A stretch of DNA of 64,000 nt from Candidatus Latescibacterota bacterium (GTDB lineage Bacteria > Latescibacterota > UBA2968): NCBI GenBank assembly GCA_965207885.1, contig OZ242311.1, forward strand, positions 256,001 to 320,000, in the 5' to 3' direction. The notes beneath the pieces are model-generated. The model was not told the origin of the DNA. It ran no database searches and worked only from the letters and a program-made list of their open reading frames with translations. How positions within the stretch are numbered: position 1 is the first letter of the stretch; each line of letters begins with the position of its first letter. Both the position numbers and the translations under genes were made by a program. Positions 60,845 through 64,000 of this stretch are shown here, in pieces.

Positions 60845-62134
60845 CTAAGTATTATCAGGTACATCAAGCACGGCATCAAGCTGATCCATCACTTTGTGAA
60901 ACGCTTCGACGTAACAGGACATCAACTCGAAATCGTTGGGTGGATTGACATCGAAGATATAACAGTGAGAATCAATGAATTCAACAGTTCGAGGATAATC
61001 CTTTGTCTTATATTCAACCGTCGACTGATTACATCGCCACGGACAGCCCATCCCGTAACCGATCCGATTCTGGAAAATCTTTTGAGACGGCACGGGGAGC
61101 CGTTGCCACTGTCCGGTCGGCACCCCCTCAGCGCGTAGTGCCGCTTGCACCTTCTCACGCAAGGTTCGTGCGGGAATATCCAACCCCAACGCCTCTGGAT
61201 CGAAACCGATAACATAGTTGTAATACACCGGTTCACACGCTTCTGGCGTAACAGGCGTTTCAATGCCATCAATTTCATCCAGATGTTCGGTAAGATAGTG
61301 GCAATTCCTGATCCGCAGCGCGTTGTTCACATCAAGCCGTTTGAGCTGGCTACGGATGAACGCTTGACTGAACATATCCCCACGATACATCCACCCAAGC
61401 CCGTAAGCATTGTACTCCTGTTCCTCGCGTTCCCTACCCGGCACGACGATTTCCCCGAAATACTGCAATAACGCTGCGCGTTTGTAGATTTGCTCATCAT
61501 CCGTTGTGAACAAACCGCCTTGACACCCACTACTCAGCGTCTTTGAGGCTTGCGTGCTGTAACCCGCCGCATCGCCAAATGACCCACAAAGCTTGCCGTT
61601 ATAATATGCCCCATGTGCCTGAGCGACATCCTCAATAACTTTCAGGTCATGCTTCTTCGCAATCGCTAAAATCGGATCCATATCGGCGGGCATACCGTGG
61701 ATATGAACCGGCATAATCGCACGTGTTCGCTCCGTGATTTTCGCTTCGATGTCGTTTGGGTCAATACAGTAGGTTATTGGGTCAATGTCAACAAAGACGG
61801 GAATAGCGTTGTGATGGAGAACAGCTGCTGCCGTTGCCCAGAAAGTGAAGGCAGGGATAATGACCTCGTCACCCGGCTCAATGCCAACACCTGCGACACA
61901 CAGATGCAACGCAGCGGTTCCGCTGTTGACCGGGATGCAATACTGGACACCCATATATTCCGCCCATTCCTTCGCGAGACCTTCGGATTGGATCCGTTGC
62001 TGTTCCGTAATTTTTTCGGAGGCGATAACCTCGGCAATCGCGTCTTTGTCGGATGGGGTAACCTGTGGCCACGGCTGAATTAATCCATCAGGGACAGTCC
62101 CTTTACCACCATATATAGCGAGTTTTGCTGCCAT
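60845..62134 (-). CDS. DegT/DnrJ/EryC1/StrS PLP-dependent aminotransferase
   Basis: NSGTAALH, PVHIHG, EDVAQAHG and STQASK; AAAGGAGG RBS before the ATG at 62134. Confidence 0.92.
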   Translation of the reverse strand: MAAKLAIYGGKGTVPDGLIQPWPQVTPSDKDAIAEVIASEKITEQQRIQSEGLAKEWAEYMGVQYCIPVNSGTAALHLCVAGVGIEPGDEVIIPAFTFWATAAAVLHHNAIPVFVDIDPITYCIDPNDIEAKITERTRAIMPVHIHGMPADMDPILAIAKKHDLKVIEDVAQAHGAYYNGKLCGSFGDAAGYSTQASKTLSSGCQGGLFTTDDEQIYKRAALLQYFGEIVVPGREREEQEYNAYGLGWMYRGDMFSQAFIRSQLKRLDVNNALRIRNCHYLTEHLDEIDGIETPVTPEACEPVYYNYVIGFDPEALGLDIPARTLREKVQAALRAEGVPTGQWQRLPVPSQKIFQNRIGYGMGCPWRCNQSTVEYKTKDYPRTVEFIDSHCYIFDVNPPNDFELMSCYVEAFHKVMDQLDAVLDVPDNT

Positions 62135-62195
62135 GAGCGACCTCCTTTGATGTGATATGGTAATCGCCGCAGGTAAGAAGTCTTCACCAACGTGG

Positions 62196-62228
62196 GATGA
62201 TGACCGCCTGTGTTGCGGGCATTTTAAT
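62196..62228 (+). repeat. Direct repeat copy 2 (displaced nupC 3' end)
   Basis: 24 bp identical to 59055-59078 and 31 of 33 bp identical to 59055-59087. Confidence 0.9.
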
Positions 62229-62240
62229 ATGTAAAAATGC

Positions 62241-62280
62241 AAAAAGGAGACACCCTCTGGTATCTCCCTTTTTTTATTTT
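62241..62280. terminator. Terminator-like hairpin
   Basis: AAAAAGGAGACACC...GGTATCTCCCTTTTTTT. Confidence 0.65.
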
Positions 62281-62316
62281 GAAAAATAATCAGCCCAATA
62301 TGGTCAAATGATAGCT

Positions 62317-62346
62317 GGATTGCGGCTAAAATCATGCCGCAATGAC
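62317..62346. repeat. REP-like palindrome
   Basis: GGATTGCGGCTAAAATCATGCCGCAATGAC. Confidence 0.45.
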
Positions 62347-62400
62347 ACCCTTCATTCCATATTGCCAGGAATCATACTCTAAATTAACCGAATCCGGAAA

Positions 62401-63696
62401 TCACCCATGAGTCCCCTTAACACCAATCGGCCAGTTGTAGGAGTCCGTGCGCGCATCTTTCATAAAGTTCTCAATTTCGGCGATCACATCCGGATGATCT
62501 GCTGCGACATCGTTTTCCTCGCCAATATCCCTGTCCAGATCGTATAACTCAAGCGGTTCGTCGAGCAACCGGGGCGACGGATTGCGCACGGCCTTCCAAT
62601 TCTTCCAGCGCACAGCCTGTTTGAAGCCCCCGCCAAAGCGCTCCCAGTACAAAAAGCGCTCTCCAATATCCTGTGACTCGCCCAAAAGCGTCGGCAATAT
62701 GCTCACGCCATCCATATCATCTGGTGCATCCACACCGATCACGTCTGCAACCGTAGGCATAAAATCGGTATAATACCACACCTGATCGCTCACAGTACCT
62801 GCCGGAATGCGCGCCGGCCAATGCACAATCATAGGCGTGCGCAAACCACCTTCGTACATCGTCCCTTTTTGCCCGCGCAAATCACCACAACTGCCAAACG
62901 GTTCCCACCGGCGTGCGGCCCCATGGTCAGAACCAAAAAACAAAAGCGTATTGTCCTTTATCTCCAGTTCGCGCAATAAATCCGCAATTTGTCCAACCTG
63001 CGTATCAATTTTTGTAATCATCGCCGCATAAACTTTCTCATCATCCGTCCAGGGTTTATCGTCCCAGGCACTCGCATCGGGAATTTCATATCTCCCGTGC
63101 GGCAATGTCCACGGCAAGTACAAAAAAAACGGACCATCGCTATTGTTGCGAATAAAGTCACAGGCAAAGTCAAAAATCATATCGTGAGAATAGTCGTTTT
63201 CCTGGCCATCCAGATTGCCTTTGAGAATAACCTTCTCTTCGTTGTGCCACAAATAAGGCGGATAATACGAATGCGCATTGCGCTGATTGAGATAGCCAAA
63301 CCATTCATCAAATCCCTTGCGGGTGGGAATACCCGTCGTATCGGGCTCACCCAACCCCCATTTGCCGGTTATCCCAGTGGTATATCCCGCCTCCTTGAGC
63401 ATCTCGGCAACCGTAAAATCCTCCGGCTCGAGCGGCACCCGTTTCTGATCACCCACACCGCCCACAATGCCCATATTGTCGCGCACCCTCGTGTGCCCAC
63501 TGTGCAAACCCGTCATCAAAACCGAGCGAGATGGCGCGCAGATAGAAGACCCGGTATAACACTGCGTGAACCGCATGGATTCCGACGCAAGCTGATCCAA
63601 TCGGGGTGTGGGAATAACCTTTTGCCCATAACAACCCAGATCGCCATAGCCAATATCATCGCAGAGGATGAAGATAATGTTGGGCAATGACATCAT
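62401..63696 (-). CDS. Arylsulfatase (FGly-type)
   Basis: PNIIFILCDDIG, CAPSR..MTG, GKWGLG and YEGGLRTP. Confidence 0.93.
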   Translation of the reverse strand: MMSLPNIIFILCDDIGYGDLGCYGQKVIPTPRLDQLASESMRFTQCYTGSSICAPSRSVLMTGLHSGHTRVRDNMGIVGGVGDQKRVPLEPEDFTVAEMLKEAGYTTGITGKWGLGEPDTTGIPTRKGFDEWFGYLNQRNAHSYYPPYLWHNEEKVILKGNLDGQENDYSHDMIFDFACDFIRNNSDGPFFLYLPWTLPHGRYEIPDASAWDDKPWTDDEKVYAAMITKIDTQVGQIADLLRELEIKDNTLLFFGSDHGAARRWEPFGSCGDLRGQKGTMYEGGLRTPMIVHWPARIPAGTVSDQVWYYTDFMPTVADVIGVDAPDDMDGVSILPTLLGESQDIGERFLYWERFGGGFKQAVRWKNWKAVRNPSPRLLDEPLELYDLDRDIGEENDVAADHPDVIAEIENFMKDARTDSYNWPIGVKGTHG

Positions 63697-63714
63697 GTGA
63701 TATTTCCCGATGAC

Positions 63715-63999
63715 TTACTCTTTCACCAACGCCAATTTTTGAGCGTAAACAGCCCGATCCTTTAACAGGCGAACAGCCTCCTGAAACTGCTTGTCCCCCT
63801 TCAGCGCCGCTAAAATTTTGCCATTCGTGCCCCACACGCGATTGGCCAATGCCCGTTCAATCTCCAGCCGGATATACGGCCTGGCCTTGTCATAATCGGC
63901 TTCGCGCTCGCGCTCTGCAGCCTGTGACAATTGATTGAGTGAAGTTATAGTATCGTCTGTAAATACATCGTTCTCTATCAGTGCTTCTTTGATCTCCTG
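63715..63999 (-). CDS. C-terminal part of a probable S41 (CtpA-like) peptidase; 5'-partial
   Basis: The frame is open to the window edge, and IRLEIERALANRVWG...GDKQFQEAVRLL resembles S41 C-termini. Confidence 0.55.
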   Translation of the reverse strand, partial: QEIKEALIENDVFTDDTITSLNQLSQAAEREREADYDKARPYIRLEIERALANRVWGTNGKILAALKGDKQFQEAVRLLKDRAVYAQKLALVKE

Positions 64000-64000
64000 T

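Noticed and set aside
62135-62335. Long N-terminal extension of the DegT ORF
   Set aside because: It crosses a terminator and the duplicated nupC tail, and a strong RBS supports the start at 62134.
1-64000. CRISPR array, tRNA, rRNA or prophage genes
   Set aside because: By eye I found no regularly spaced repeats, cloverleaf or rRNA signatures, or phage structural or integrase genes. A short tRNA could have been missed without tRNAscan.

Overview
Bacterial chromosomal DNA. It is rich in sulfatase-fold enzymes, PhyH-type dioxygenases, TPR/GWxTD proteins and large uncharacterised membrane proteins, a profile I associate (inference only) with uncultured Latescibacterota/Gemmatimonadota-like marine or sponge-associated lineages. 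The backbone includes an ABC permease, a LytS/LytTR system, a class Ic ribonucleotide reductase (nrdA and nrdB), epmA, nupC and catabolic operons. The most striking feature is a 7.7-kb accessory block splitting nrdA from nrdB. It holds a 45-aa cationic peptide with a convergent sRNA, a YegP protein, and a ubiquitin-like conjugation operon: a metallo-beta-lactamase-fold protein ending in Gly, an E2-E1-JAB fusion and a 4-TM protein. It also holds an AAA ATPase/DUF4276 pair lying between a promoter with tandem NrdR-like boxes and nrdB. Mobile DNA comprises a solo TnpB element, an IS1182-like element disrupting lytS, an ORF-less IS200/IS605 derivative that appears to retain an omega-RNA scaffold, an IS1-family element with passenger genes and structured RNAs, and a 3.1-kb segment bounded by a duplicated nupC 3' end. 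I saw no rRNA, tRNA or CRISPR array. All family calls come from reading motifs by eye, not from database searches.
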